NCBI RefSeq assembly: GCF_006345805.1
Contig: NC_043016.1
Coordinates: forward strand, 13,888,001-13,952,000
Length of the DNA: 64,000 nucleotides
From: Octopus sinensis
Taxonomy: Eukaryota
Direction: 5' to 3'
A program made the translations under genes and the position numbers. Under the pieces are notes generated by a model, which saw nothing but the letters and a program-made list of their open reading frames with translations, was not told the DNA's origin and searched no databases. Below, in pieces: positions 1 through 12,258 of the stretch; within the stretch, counting starts at the first letter, position 1, and each line of letters starts with the position of its first letter.

Positions 1-645
1 TGTGTGTGTGTAAGTGTGTAAGAGGAGATGATGGAGAAAGATGGGTAGAAATTGAGAACAAAGGCGTTTGGGTTTGAAAAGAGAAAATAGAACACTGCAC
101 TCTGCAGTCAAGAGTTAGCGGATCCATTGTGTAAAACCAAACCAAGCACTATAAGATGTTGAGTTGAGTGGTTCTCTAATTATCAGCTAATTAAGACTGA
201 AAATAGATAAAAATAAAATAACAGGGAATAGACAAAAGTGGAGTTCTGACATAGGATACATGACAGTTCATCATCCTGCTTTTGCAATAATAGGAGGGCC
301 TGTAGTGATGGGAATGACCCACAAATCCCATAGAGTTTAGAAGGTCTGAGACTTCATGTAGGTGTATAACAACTCTGTATCATGATGTTTATTAAACAAG
401 CACTTAAGTGCAAGCTAATATAATTTCTAACCCTTTTTAGTGCTAAGTCAGTAAGACATCTTCCACCAGCTAAAACCAGGCACTCCTCATCACTGACCAA
501 TTCAAACCTTTGTTAATCTTACTATCAGCTACATTATGGACATATTCCACAAGCGATGGGAAGAACCTAAACCTGGGTTTAGAAAAAGAATGTTTATAAA
601 CTGCCTGCCTGCTAATTCACCAGTCAAATAGGAATATGGCACTTA

Positions 646-876
646 ATGCTGCCAAAAGGGATGCTTTTTTTTTTAAATGAAGCAGCACCCAAATTTGACC
701 CTAGTGCAAGGTTCGGAATGGAAAGGGAGCGTACACAAAAACGGGAAATAATTACAAAGGATGCTGACAATGATCGTAATGAGAAGCACCATCGGGAGGG
801 TCATAAAGAACTAGAGAACTATGTAGGCTTTGCTAACTTACCAAATCAAGTTTACCGAAAATCTGTCAAAATCTAA
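646..876 (+). pseudogene. SEPT7: Septin-7 (CDC10/peanut-like) N-terminal fragment, truncated
   Basis: ORF ends ELENYVGFANLPNQVYRKSVK (808-870), the septin-7 N-terminal signature. It is followed by ATC TAA instead of RGFEFTLMVVG. AGA GGG TTT GAT (RGFD) recurs 28 nt later (899-910). No G1 (GESGLGKS) or G3 (DTPG) septin exon seen elsewhere in the window. Confidence 0.7.
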
Positions 877-999
877 GTACATGGCAGAGTACCATTTCAG
901 AGGGTTTGATATTGGCTCCTATATAAACTAACCATTGCTATGAATCTCCTCTATACATTTGTACACTGTGCTAATTTGGACAGTGTCTATCTGGGGGTA

Positions 1000-1250
1000 A
1001 AATTCTGCAGGTGTTCTGAAGTTACATCAAGGGGTGGGGAGACTATGATGCTCCCTATTTACTCCTGCTTTTGATCAGTAATACACATATTGCCAGCCAC
1101 CAAGGGACATGCTCAGCTGGTGAGGGTCAAGCAACTGGCATGCAAATCTGTGGTACTGAGTTGTAGCCCATCTTTTATACAAAGGTAAAATGTGCACATG
1201 TTGATACTTCCAATCAGTTAAGATCAGAAGCCATGAGAATCACTGCATGA
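1000..1250 (-). repeat. Dispersed repeat, inverted degenerate copy of 19290-19520
   Basis: ccaatcagttaagatcagaagccatgag, tgtagcccatcttttatac and ctatgatgctccc are reverse complements of blocks in 19290-19520. Confidence 0.7.
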
Positions 1251-1254
1251 GGGT

Positions 1255-1737
1255 GATTATTTATTTTTATCACAGGTTTTGTTGGAACTCCTTGAATCTT
1301 ACATGCGTAGCGGACTTACCACCTGCAGCCTACAGTGCCATGCTACTTGCTCTTTTCAGCTAATACTTCCCTGATTATTCTAGCCGTGCCAAAGAGGCAA
1401 ACCTTTTATAACAGTTCTACTAGGCACTCTATTCTAATTTCCTTTATATTCCTCTTGATACCTTCTGATACTATACCCAAGGACCCAACAATAATTGGCA
1501 CTATCTTCACCTTTATTTTCCATAACCGGGCTATTTCATACTGAAGATGGTTGTATCTATCTATTTTCTTGCCCTCCTTCTTGACTATTTGTTGGTCAAA
1601 GGGGTATGCAATATCAACTACATAGCACATGTGGTGCATCTTGTCAACCACCACTAGGTCCAGTCTGTTGTGCTCTAGCACCTGATCTATTTGGATTGGG
1701 AAATCCCAGAGGATTTCACAAGTCTCTGACTCCACAA
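1255..1737 (-). mobile_element. Non-LTR retrotransposon 3' fragment with restriction-like endonuclease (R4/Dong/NeSL-type)
   Basis: ORF 1406-1735: ILWDFPIQID..HNRLDLVVVDK..C..VDIAYPFD..KE.KKIDRY..L.YEIARLW..VKIVPIIVGSLG, typical RLE domain. Flanked by TAA-type repeats. Confidence 0.85.
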
Positions 1738-2137
1738 CTATAATAAATAACCTGATGTTACTTATTTTGGATAATGATAAAGAGCCTACAATTTTTCTTT
1801 TTGTTGTATGTTTACTGTTAATACTGACAAAATGAGTTGACTGTATTGTGCTGCATAATATGGTCTACTGGATTATGTAATAGCATCATTTAACTTACAG
1901 AAATGTGTGTACGTTATATAACGCATTAAGTACCAGTTACATTTTCTGTATTCCTTCATGCGTGTTTGTGTGTGTGTGCATGCATACACATAGGCATGCT
2001 GTGTGTGCATATAAACACACACTGAGAAAGAAAGTGATTGATAGATAGATAGATAAATAGATAGATGGATGGATGGCCAGACAGATGGATGGACGAACGG
2101 ACGGATGGACAGACAGACAGACAAATAGATAGATAGG

Positions 2138-2270
2138 TGCGAGGGACGTTCAATAAGTAATGCCTCTGACCCACTTGCAGTTGTTTGATCTAGCTGAAAT
2201 TTTGCATGTGTAATCGTATAGGGGAGAAAGTAGTGGTGCACAAATGACACATGTGGTGTACAATAATTGA
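2138..2270 (+). mobile_element. Possible mariner-like terminal fragment
   Basis: gcgagggacgttcaataagtaatg resembles mariner TIR starts (TACGAGGG..TCAATAAGT). No partner end seen. Confidence 0.35.
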
Positions 2271-2667
2271 TTCCTATTTTGTTGGTAATATGCTGTATTT
2301 AGAAAGAAGCAAAAAGATTGAGAAATGTTTTAGCTCTTAGTATGCATATCCAGTTTTTTTTTTTAATGTTTAAAATCATATATATATATATGTACATAGC
2401 AATGAGTATGTGAGATGGTTTTGTGAAAGAAAAATATGATTTGATCTTTCTGTATTTACAAATGATGCTTGTTGCATTAAATTTTGGTAGGAACCACACT
2501 TGTGCTACTGTAACATGGGGTGGATAAAATTGTATACAAATGAATCTGGGAGCAAAGGGAGAAAATGGCAACTGAGTCAAAGAGGTGTTGGTTCAAAAGA
2601 ATGAATCAAAAGACTGCAAAGTCTATTGAAGGCAAAATGAATTTGATATTGCCTAGCAAAACAAACT

Positions 2668-2938
2668 GGGGAGACACGTAGCTTAGTGGTTATGGTGTTG
2701 GACTCACGATCGTACTATTGTGGTTTCAATTCCTGGACCAAATGATGAGATGTGTCCTTGAGCAAAACACTTCATTTCACATTGCTCCAGTCCACTCAGC
2801 TGGCAAAAGTGAGTAATCCTGCGACGGACCAGCGTCCCATCCAGGTGGGGAATTTAAATGCTATGGAAACCTGGAAACTGGGAAACTGGCCCTTAGGAGT
2901 CGGCATGATTCATGGAGGTAACCTTTACCTTTACCTTA
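2668..2938 (+). mobile_element. tRNA-derived SINE (CORE-like body)
   Basis: A-box-like tagcttagtgg, B-box-like ggtttcaattcc, central tccttgagcaaaacacttcatttcac..ctccagtccactcagctg, ends acctttacc. Related to 34140-34440. Confidence 0.7.
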
Positions 2939-3544
2939 GCAAAACAAACTGAAGCACAAAAGATCTGAAGCACAGAAAAATCATCTTAGACTTTGGAGAC
3001 TGAACCAGTCTTTTTTAATCAGTAAATATTCAGATTTCAGGCCTTCAACTACAATTGAGTTTTGTCATTACATCCATAATTTATTTGTCTCCTCAATACA
3101 ACTAACACAGAACTGGTTCAAAGCAACTAACACCGTATACCGAAACAAAAGACGTCATTACACGTATCACTAATCTGTTGAAATTAAAATCACCACAGTT
3201 TTGTCATCACAACCCTAACTATGCTATTTCCTTACAATCACCACAGAGTTGCGTCATTAAAAACCCTCATTGAGTGGTGTCATTATAAAACTAAGTATTG
3301 CCTGCGTTATTAGAAGTATCACTTTAGCTATATCGTTACCCTCCCCCACTCCTGCCATCCAGATTTAATTTCAACTGCTTACACTCCTCTTCTCTTTTAT
3401 TACCAAACACCACTTTAATGATCTGTATCACTGAAAACCTTGCTGACGAGTTTCAGTATGACCATTACCGAGAATTAGTTTTGCAAACTTGCTCTTAGCT
3501 GTTTCGATACTCCTAATACCGAGCTCAGCTTTGGCATTTAAAAA

Positions 3545-3552
3545 TAATAATG

Positions 3553-3589
<37 letters not shown>

Positions 3590-4094
3590 AATTATTGTAT
3601 ACAGTGCTCAGGTGCACCACAACTTGTCAGAAAGTGCATATAAAGTACATGCAGTAATGTAAAAATGTCTGAGTCAGATACATGCTTGTGTGTGTATGGA
3701 GGGGAGAAAATCAGGTGTAGTGTTGGCGAATCTCAGAAAGCATGGAAGTTTTGAAGGATGCACTGCTCCGACAACTAACAACTGATGCCGGCAGTTTGTT
3801 CCATGCTTCAGCAACTCTCAGCGTGAAAAAATGTTTCCTGAAGTCATGGGAGCTGTGCTGTTTTCTGACTTTGTAAATATGTCCACGGGTATTAGATGGG
3901 TGGAGTTTGAAAAGGTGCTCAGAGTTATTGTTTGTACGATGGTTGATGATTTTATGGGTGTCTGCCAAGTCAGCTGCCAGACGTCGGAGTTTCAATGTGT
4001 CCATGCCCAGGGAAGTAAGACGTTCAGGATATGGCAAATGCCTGATGGAGGGTATTCTTTTGGTTGCACCAGTGACCTGTGTTACTACATCCAA
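3545..4094 (-). mobile_element. CR1/L2-like LINE 3' end with (TTA)n tail
   Basis: ORF 3711-4094: ATKRIPSIRHLPYPERLTSLGMDTLKLRRLAADL..TRGHIYKVRKQ..RKHFFTLRVAEAWNKLP..FK, the CR1/L2 RT C-terminus, followed by (TTA)n. Confidence 0.9.
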
Positions 4095-4545
4095 AATATA
4101 GATGTATCATTACAACAGCCACTAATAAGCTGAAATACCCTTACAACAACCAGCACTGAGTTGTATCATTACAACTATTCTTTTCCTTTTCTGTTTTGTA
4201 GCAATTGATTTTCCTTATAAGTTTTTTTTAAAAATCATTAAATGTTTTAAAACTTTCTTTTTTGTCCTATTGGCTGTAGACCTTGGTGTAGACCCCTAGC
4301 CTGCCATCTCCTATCAAACCATCCAACCAATGACAGCATGGAAGATGAACATTAAACAATAATGATGATGATTTCAATATTTTTACATGTTACACTCTAT
4401 TTTCATTATATATATATATATTGAACGGTACTGTCCAGGTATCGAAACCATAGTGATATCTGTGGGGACAGCTGATGATGGAGGTGTGTTGGTTTGTTGG
4501 AAGGCTGTTATTATATGTGCAGAGTAGTTTTATAAAACATCCACT

Positions 4546-4589
<44 letters not shown>

Positions 4590-4593
<4 letters not shown>

Positions 4594-4850
4594 GCCGGTG
4601 GCACGTAAAAAGCACCATCCGATTGTGGCCGTTGCCAGCCTTGTCTAGCCTCCATGCCAGTGGCACGTAAAAAGCACCCACTACACTCACAGAGTGGTTG
4701 CATTAGGAAGGTCATCCAGCTGTAGAAACACTGCCAGATCAGACTGGGCCTGGTGCAGCCTTCGGGCTTCCCAGACCCTAGTCAAATCGTCCAACCCATG
4801 CTGGCATGGAAAGAAGACGTTAAACGATGATGATGATGATGATGATGATA
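4590..4850 (+). mobile_element. Abundant SINE-like family ending ccaacccatgctagcatggaaagcggacgttaaac(GAT)n (representative copy)
   Basis: Core ggttggcattaggaagggcatccagctgtagaaac. Other copies near 4970-5350(-), 14305-14640(-), 30300-30700, 30740-31380(-), 31688-31985(-), 46830-47240, 47725-48200, 52120-52305, 54650-54950, 58330-58640, 60065-60455. Confidence 0.85.
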
Positions 4851-4884
4851 TATATGTATGTATGTATGTATGTGTGTGTGTGTG

Positions 4885-4915
<31 letters not shown>

Positions 4916-5421
4916 ATATGGTATGTTGGTGCAAACAGGAAAAATAGAACTCAAAATATGAGTATATGTATCATCATCATCATCATCATCATCGTTTAAC
5001 ATCTGCTTTCCATTCTGGCATGGTTTGACAAAGGCTGCACCAGGCTTCAATCTAATCTGGCAAGGTTTCTACAGCTGAACGCCCTCCATAACACCAAACA
5101 CTCTGAGAGTGTAGTGGATATTTTTCATGTGCCACCGGCATGGGAGCCAGTTAGGCAGCACTGGCATCGACCATGCTCGAATGGTGCTTTTTACGTGCCA
5201 CCATCATGGACTCCAGTCAGATGGTACTGGTAACAGCCAAAACAATGATTTCTCTTGACTCAACAGGTCTTCTCAATCACAGCATATTGCCTGATGATTG
5301 AGGGGTACGGTTATGCGACACTGACCTAGGCCATGGCTACAGTCTTTATTGATATTAATATTTAGCAGAAGATTCTACTAAATATTAATAAGTATGTTTG
5401 TATATATATATATATATATAT

Positions 5422-5675
5422 AAAGGAAATGAAGAAAATGCTGACAAAATAATTTAAGTAAGGGAGAGTGTATTTAATTAGGTGAAAGTTCTTTTACCGG
5501 TTGCGCATTTGTTATGCTTATCAAAAGGAACTCTATCAGAAAGGAACTCTATCTCTCTTAAAAAAATATCTTTTGATAAGCATAACAAATACGCAACCGG
5601 TAAAAAGAACTTTCACCTAATTAAATACACTCTCCCTTACTTAAATTATTTTGTCAGCATTTTCTTCATTTCCTT

Positions 5676-5676
<1 letters not shown>
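5422..5676. repeat. Long inverted repeat (about 106-bp arms) flanked by (TA)n
   Basis: 5422-5527 is the near-perfect reverse complement of 5570-5676. The 42-nt spacer contains a direct repeat aggaactctatc. Confidence 0.9.
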
Positions 5677-5707
<31 letters not shown>

Positions 5708-5911
5708 ATATAGATAGATAGATAGATAGATAGATATATACATGGGGGCATCCAGCTGTTGAAACATTGCCATATCAAATTGGAGTCTGATGCAGCCACT
5801 GGCTCTCCAGATCTTAGTCAAACCGTCCAACCCATGCCAGCATGGAAAAGGATGTTAAACGATGATGATGACAGTGTTACCTCACAGTAAATGAGTTTAA
5901 TTCATTCCATG

Positions 5912-6312
5912 ACTCTCTCTTTCTCTTTTACTCTTTTACTTGTTTCAGTCATTTGACTGCGGCCATGCTGGAGCACCGCCTTTAATCAAGCAAATCGACC
6001 CCGGGACTTATTCTTTGTAAGCCCAGTACTTATTCTATCGGTCTCTTTTGCCGAACTGCTAAGTGACGGGGACGTAAACACACCAGCATCAGTTGTCAAG
6101 CAATGCTAGGGGGACAAACACAGACACACACATATATATATATACATATATACGACAGGCTTCTTTCAGTTTCCGTCTACAAAATCCACTCACAAGGCTT
6201 TGGTCGGCCCGGGGCTATAGCAGAAGACACTTGCCCAAGATGCCACGCAGTGGGACTGATCTCGGAACCATGTGGTTGGTTAGCAAGCTACTTACCACAC
6301 ACCCACTCCTAC
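5912..6312 (-). mobile_element. tRNA-derived SINE (ggagtggctgtgtggtaag family) inserted in Tigger
   Basis: Matches family consensus from tRNA-like head through internal microsatellite to gactgaaacaagtaaaag tail. Confidence 0.9.
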
Positions 6313-6849
6313 GCCTGAACCCATTTTATGATTTACTTGTTTGACAAATCAATTTTCCCCATTGGAATAAATTAAAACACAATTAATCCATTCCGTCCCC
6401 TCAAAACCATCATAAAAAAATTTTTTTTATGGGTTTTAAAACAGAAAAGGTGCAGTTTACAAAGAAAATGACAATTATAAAAAAACATAATAAAAGAGAA
6501 TGAAAAAGAAATATGTAAACTGGTTTTTCATTAATTTAAAATACCTTAAAAACGGGACAATTTGTGTACGAGGAAGACGATGGAGTGGGGAGGAGGAGGG
6601 GAGGATTACTGTTTCGAAGGAGAATCTTCTTCCGTTAAGACTTCAGGAAGAACAATTTCTGACACTTTCTCTCTCACTTCGCTTGCAGGTTGTTTCATTG
6701 GAAACATGTCGAGAGAAGTTTGCTTTTGCTTGTCTTTCAAAATGTTTGGAAATTATGCCAGAGCAGTGTCATTAAATAAAGCAGCAGCACGATCTGCAGA
6801 TACTTTTTCAAGATGATATTTTTTGACAGATTCAGAAACATGGAGCATA

Positions 6850-7222
6850 GGCGCAGGAGTGGCTGTGTGGTAAGAAGCTTGCTTTCCAACCACATGGTTC
6901 CAGGTTCAGTCCCACTGCATGGTACCTTGGGCAATTGTCTTCTACTGTAGCCTCAGACTGACCAAAGCCTTGTGAGTAGATTTTGTAGACGGAAACTGAA
7001 AGAAGCCCATCGTATGTGTGTGTGTGTGTATGTTTGTGTGCCTGTGTTTGTCCCCCCCCAACCACCATTGCTTGACAACCGATGTTGGTGTGTTCACATC
7101 CCATTAAACTAACGGTTAGGCAAAAGAGACCAATGGGTTTGATTTGTTCGACTAAAAGTGGTGCTCCAGCATGGCCACAGTCAAATGACTGAAACAAATA
7201 GAAGAATAAAAGAACAAAAGAA
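6850..7222 (+). mobile_element. tRNA-derived SINE (same family) inserted in Tigger ORF
   Basis: Full head-to-tail copy splitting the transposase between KAVLAK and VSESVKKYH. Further copies near 9443-9860, 13400-13790(-), 26648-27030, 27752-28190, 32705-33140(-), 37320-37720, 50600-50950(-), 53355-53765, 57222-57650, 59365-59800(-). Confidence 0.9.
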
Positions 7223-9371
7223 TACTGTCACTTTGCCAACACTGCCTTTATGTCACCCATAGAGATTGCCTTCTCCGCTACACTGTCCTCCTCTCGGGAA
7301 CCTGTCTCTTCCACCACATCCGAATGCTGCTTCTCCTGAAGCTGCAGGAGCTCATCTGTCATCAGCTCCCCTGAGTGTTCCTCGACAAGATCATTAATGT
7401 CCCCATCGTCAACCTCGAGGCCCATGGACTTGCCAAGAGGCACTATCTCCTCAACTATAGGTGTCTTAGACTCAAACTCCTCAAGGTCTCTTTCGGATGT
7501 GCAGTCAGGTCACAGTTTCATCCATGCAGAATTCAGCTTTCTCCGCATTACACTCTGCCAGGCCATATCGATGATCTTCAGGTAGATGACAATATCGTAG
7601 CATTCCTTCCAAAACCCACGAAGGGTTAGATTTGTATTTTCAGTGACTTCAAAGCACCGATGAAACAGGTGTTTGATGTACAATTTCTTAAAATTAGAAA
7701 TCACTTGTTGGTCCATGGGCTGCAAGGTAGGGGTGGTATGGCATGAAAGGGATAGAACTTTTGTGAATTTAAATTCATCCAGGATATCATCTTCAAAGTT
7801 AGGAAGGTGAGCAGGAACACTGTTGAGGATGACAAGGGCCTTGAGAGGAAGATCATTCTCCAGATGGTACTTTTTCACTGCTGGTCCAAAGATAAGGTTG
7901 ACCCACATGGTCAAGAATTGCCTAGTAACCCAGGCTTTAATGTTTGCCCTCCTCCACGTAATCTGTAGCTTCTCCTTCAGGATTTTGTGCGACTTGGACA
8001 TTCATGGGTTTTTCGAATGATAGACAAGAAGCAGCTTAATCTTCAAGTCTCCACTTGCATTGGCACAAAGGGTGACAGTTAGCCTTTTATAGGCTTGTGG
8101 TTTGGCATTTTCTTCTCCTTTGCAGTTATGTAGGCTCTTCAGGGCATTTTTTTTCCAAAAAAGGTCAGTTTCTTCACAGTTGAATTTGTGTTGTGTGATG
8201 TACCCCTCAGCTGTGATGAGCTGACAGAATTCACACACAAAATCTTCACTTGCCTTCATGTCAGAACTCGCTGCTTCTCTATTCCTGACAATGCTATGAA
8301 CACCAGTCCTCTTGAAATTATCAAACCAGCCACAACTAGCCTTAACCCTTTCATTACTGTATTTATTTTGAGATGCTCTGTGTTTCTTTCAGTCATTTTA
8401 AATATAACAAAGAATTTTGTAAAATAACTTAGTTAACATTAAGCTAGTGTTAGGAGCATTAATTGTGACTAAGGCTTCGTGGAAGATTTTAATTCAAAAC
8501 TTAAGAAAACAAGACATTTTACCACAGAGCCAGAGCCAGTTTTGGCTGGGTTAGTAACAAAAAGGTTAAATGTGTCTGCTGATGTCTCCTCTGTCAATGT
8601 TCCAGAGTTCTATTTCAGGAGATCCCCATACAGTGCTTGTGCTTTCTCGCAGATGATGGTCTCCATAATCATATCCCCTGTGAGTTGCTTCTTGTCGATC
8701 TACAGGAGAAGCAATTTTTCCATCTCTTTGTGGACAGATGTGTGTTGCTTAGAGAGCCTTTGTAGTTGTAATGGCCTTGGTTTCATCCTTTCTCTTCAAG
8801 ATGGTGCAGATCGTTGACGCGTTTTAGTCGTATTGATGTGCTATGTCCACTACATGCATTCCTCTCTCATGTTTAGCAATGATTTCTTTCTTTAATTCTA
8901 TCATAATCAGCTTTTTCTTCTTCTCAGCATTGTCCTTTGAACTAACCTTCTTAGGGCCCATGGCTGACACAACTAATTATTATACAATAATAGCAAAAAA
9001 ACACGCTAAAAAAAAACCACTGGAAAAAGCACAGTGGGGATGCTGCCACAATGAGATAAACATGTGAACTGAGCAAGCAGAGGCTGCACTTGTTGGGAGA
9101 GCATGTGTGAGGTCAGTGCTGACCAGTGGTAACATGTATGAAACTTTCTCATACTATGGATTTCCACTTCTACTTCAGGACAAAATTTTGCACAAGCCTC
9201 GGCTCATACAGCAAATTATTTGTATAATAGTGCACTCGTACTGCGAGGTTCTACTGTGTGTATATATATATATCTATATATATATATATATATCTATCTA
9301 TATATATATATATATATATATACATACATACATACATACATACATACATACATACATACATACATACAACA

Positions 9372-9407
<36 letters not shown>

Positions 9408-10562
9408 TATATATATGTAAGTATGTATATATATGTATAGGCACAGGTGTGGCTGTGGGGGTAAGAAGTTAGCTTCCCAACCACATGGTTCCAGGTTCAG
9501 TCCTACTGCGTGGCACGTTGGGCAAGTGTCTTCTATATCCTCGGGTCAACCAAAGCCTTGCAAGTGGATTTGGTAAATGGAAACTGAAAGAAGCCTGTTG
9601 TGTATAAATTGTATCTCTGTTTGTCCCCCACCACTACTTGACAACCAATGTCGGTGTATTTTATGTTCCCCATAACTTAGTGGTTTGGCAACAGAGACTG
9701 ATAGAATAAGTACCAGGCTTTGAAAATTTTTTTTAAATAAGTGAATAAATAAATAAATAAATAAATAAGTACCTATGTTGCTTCATCTAACTAAAAACTC
9801 TTCAAGGCAGTGCTCCAGCATGGCCACAGCTTAATGACTGAAACAAGTAAAAGAAATAAAAGAAGGAAAAGATAAAAGATAAAACGATAAAACGATAGAA
9901 GATAAAAAGATAGTGAGAGATGAGATGATATATATATATTACATAAACGATGAGATACTTTAGTGAAAGATGAGATACTGCACGTATTAGTTAGACTAAC
10001 AAAAAAAGAAGAAAAGGGAAAAAACTATCACAAGGCTGTGTTTCTACTTGGAAACGTAATAAGTATAGAAAAGGAAACAGGATAGCGGAGATCGTAAAAA
10101 AAACATAAATAGAGAGAAAACAGATAGCTATACTTGACTTTCTAAGTTGATAGGTTTGATATATTATTACCAATATTATCCAGAGGATTATGCAGGAAGG
10201 TTATTTGAGAATGACCAAAAAAAAAAAAAATAGATATATAAATAAGTAAAAGTTTTAAAAAGTTAGTTGTTGTTGTTGCTGTTGTTGTTGTTGATTAGCA
10301 TCATTGTTGTGGTTTACTGAAGTGTATTGACGACGGTGGGTAAATAATTTCAAATGTGTTCATCAAAAAAAAAAAAAAAATCAAAGTTTTTTTTGTTTTT
10401 AATATATATTTTTTTATTTTTTATCTTTTATTTGTTTCAGTCATTTAAGGCTGGTACTTCTTTTTTTTTTTTTATCGATCTCTTTTGCTGAACTGTTAAA
10501 CAAACCAATACCAGTTATCAAGTGATAGGTGGAGAGGACAAACAAAAACACAAAAATGAACC

Positions 10563-10611
<49 letters not shown>

Positions 10612-10899
10612 CACACACATACACACACACACACATACACACACACACGTGCGCACATCATTATCATCATCCTCATCATTACCATCACCATTTAGCGTCT
10701 GTTTGCCATGTTGGCATGGGTTGTATGATTTTGACAGGAGCTGGTGAACCAGAGAACTGTAACTCCGTGCTTTCAAAGACATGGGGAAAAACAAAAGGCC
10801 TTTACTTGACTGAAAAACAGGTCAGGGTTAGTAATAGGAAGGGCATCTGGTTGTAAAATAATGCTTCAATAATAAGTATTTGTCTCACCTTATTCCGTT

Positions 10900-11330
10900 T
10901 AGCACCAGACATACATTCATTGCAACCTGTTTTACTGCAGTGCCAATAGATGCTTCCATCAACAGTGTATATCTTCATCATCTGTTTTTGTAACAAATCT
11001 TCTTAGGTAGTATTTCCTTCTCTTGGAAATACCATCAAAGGTAACACATTTATCAAGAACTTCTTTTACTCCAATATTACAACATTACAAACAAGCATTT
11101 TCATGAAACCATCTAGTACCATTGTTGGCCGCCGTGAAGATCTTACCACAATGGAAAAGAAAAAAAAAACTATGGTCGTGTAACAAGTTTCAGTGGTCTT
11201 GCAAGAAACCATTCCACAAGGAACTGCGGGGAAAGGAAGAAGGAGAAATGGACAGAATAAAAGATAGATGGATCAAGAAATGGCCATTAGCAGATATGAG
11301 CTGAGGCACACAACTGTGACAGACGAGGGG
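10900..11330 (+). mobile_element. Degenerate RTE-clade LINE C-terminal fragment
   Basis: Frameshifted K..YGRVT.FSGL..TI.QGT..GKGRRR.GQ.KRW motif at about 11150-11280. Confidence 0.5.
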
Positions 11331-11732
11331 CCAAGACATGCATAAAAATGGTTCACATTCATATCTTTACATATACCTGAACTGTTTGCACAATTTTTTT
11401 TATGAATCATATTTGGATAAAAATACTCCAAGTACTGAACAGTCATTGAAAGTGCCAATGAAAACCATTAAATTGGATGTAAAATTGCCTATGAGTCATT
11501 AAATTTGACAACATCTGGGAAAAATGCAATATGGGTGAACAAGACAGGCCAGTATACCAACTTATAAAGGAAAATATGAAAAGTAATTTCAGACATCTTA
11601 CATCAATGGTTCTCAACTGAGGTCCACAGGAACCTAGGGTAGCGTCTATATAAAATTTTATTAGAAATTACATACAATAAATCAGTTATAATTCTACAAT
11701 ACACAAAATATTTTAACTATTTTTATATACAA

Positions 11733-12258
11733 CTAGCAGTATCACCCGGCGTTGCTCAGGTTTGTAAGGGAAATAACTATATAAGCATTTTTAGAGAGTT
11801 ACTTCCCTTATAGATGCCAATTCGGGCTTTCTTAGCCATTTCTGTTTTGGTGTCTTCAAGCCATGAAGTCGTTGTTCTAAAAGAACGCTGGTCTCCTTGA
11901 CAACGCTTTACGACGTTGATTTCCTTACACTCCCTTCCCCACAGCTTCACGAGGGAGGGGGAGAAAGAAGGAAAGAAAGGGGAGAAGCAAACAGGTGCAG
12001 GGGTGAGCGTGGACGCCAACTCCGCCGCCATCGACACACGAAAAAATTATGCATTAAAATGGAATAAAAAATGATGTTAATTATTTTTAAAATCGTAGAC
12101 TCATCGTAGACGCGCGCTAATACTCAGACGGGCTCGATATGAATCACGACTATAAGATACCCGAATTTGGTTAAACTGCACCGCAAAATGTGGGAGTAGT
12201 TAGGAATCTAAATCGAAGGGGACAGACACTCACACAACTACAGTTTTATATATATAGA
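11733..12258 (-). mobile_element. Non-autonomous Helitron
   Basis: Minus strand begins A|TCtatatatata and ends with GC hairpin cctgagcaacgccggg about 10 nt before CTAG|T, giving an A/T insertion site with no TSD. Confidence 0.85.

Larger units (their letters stand above)
5872..9256 (-). mobile_element. Tigger/pogo DNA transposon, near full length, degenerate, interrupted by two SINEs
   Basis: Ends cagtagaacctcgcagtacgagt (9256, -) and cagtgttacctcacagtaaatgagt (5872). Transposase pieces in ORFs 8002-8259, 7510-8001 (LQPMDQQVISNFKKLY) and 7228-7443. C-terminus KKYHLEKV..QTSLDMF..DSPSKQ* at about 6600-6840. Confidence 0.9.

Noticed and set aside
3430-3540. CTGACGAG (plus) and GAAACAGCTA (minus) as hammerheads
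   Set aside because: Core halves are incomplete on both strands; at most a decayed relative of the 47.5-kb family.
9107-9484. Poly-YI/HT/CV ORFs here and at 33.7-34.1, 36.6-37.0, 51.2-51.5, 53.8-54.2 kb
   Set aside because: Translations of (TA)n, (CA)n, (TATG)n and (ATCT)n microsatellites.
10802-10996. ORF MLQKQMMKIYTVDGSIYWHCSK.. ending at a GTGAG donor as an exon
   Set aside because: It overlaps an antisense degenerate RTE fragment and has no convincing acceptor.
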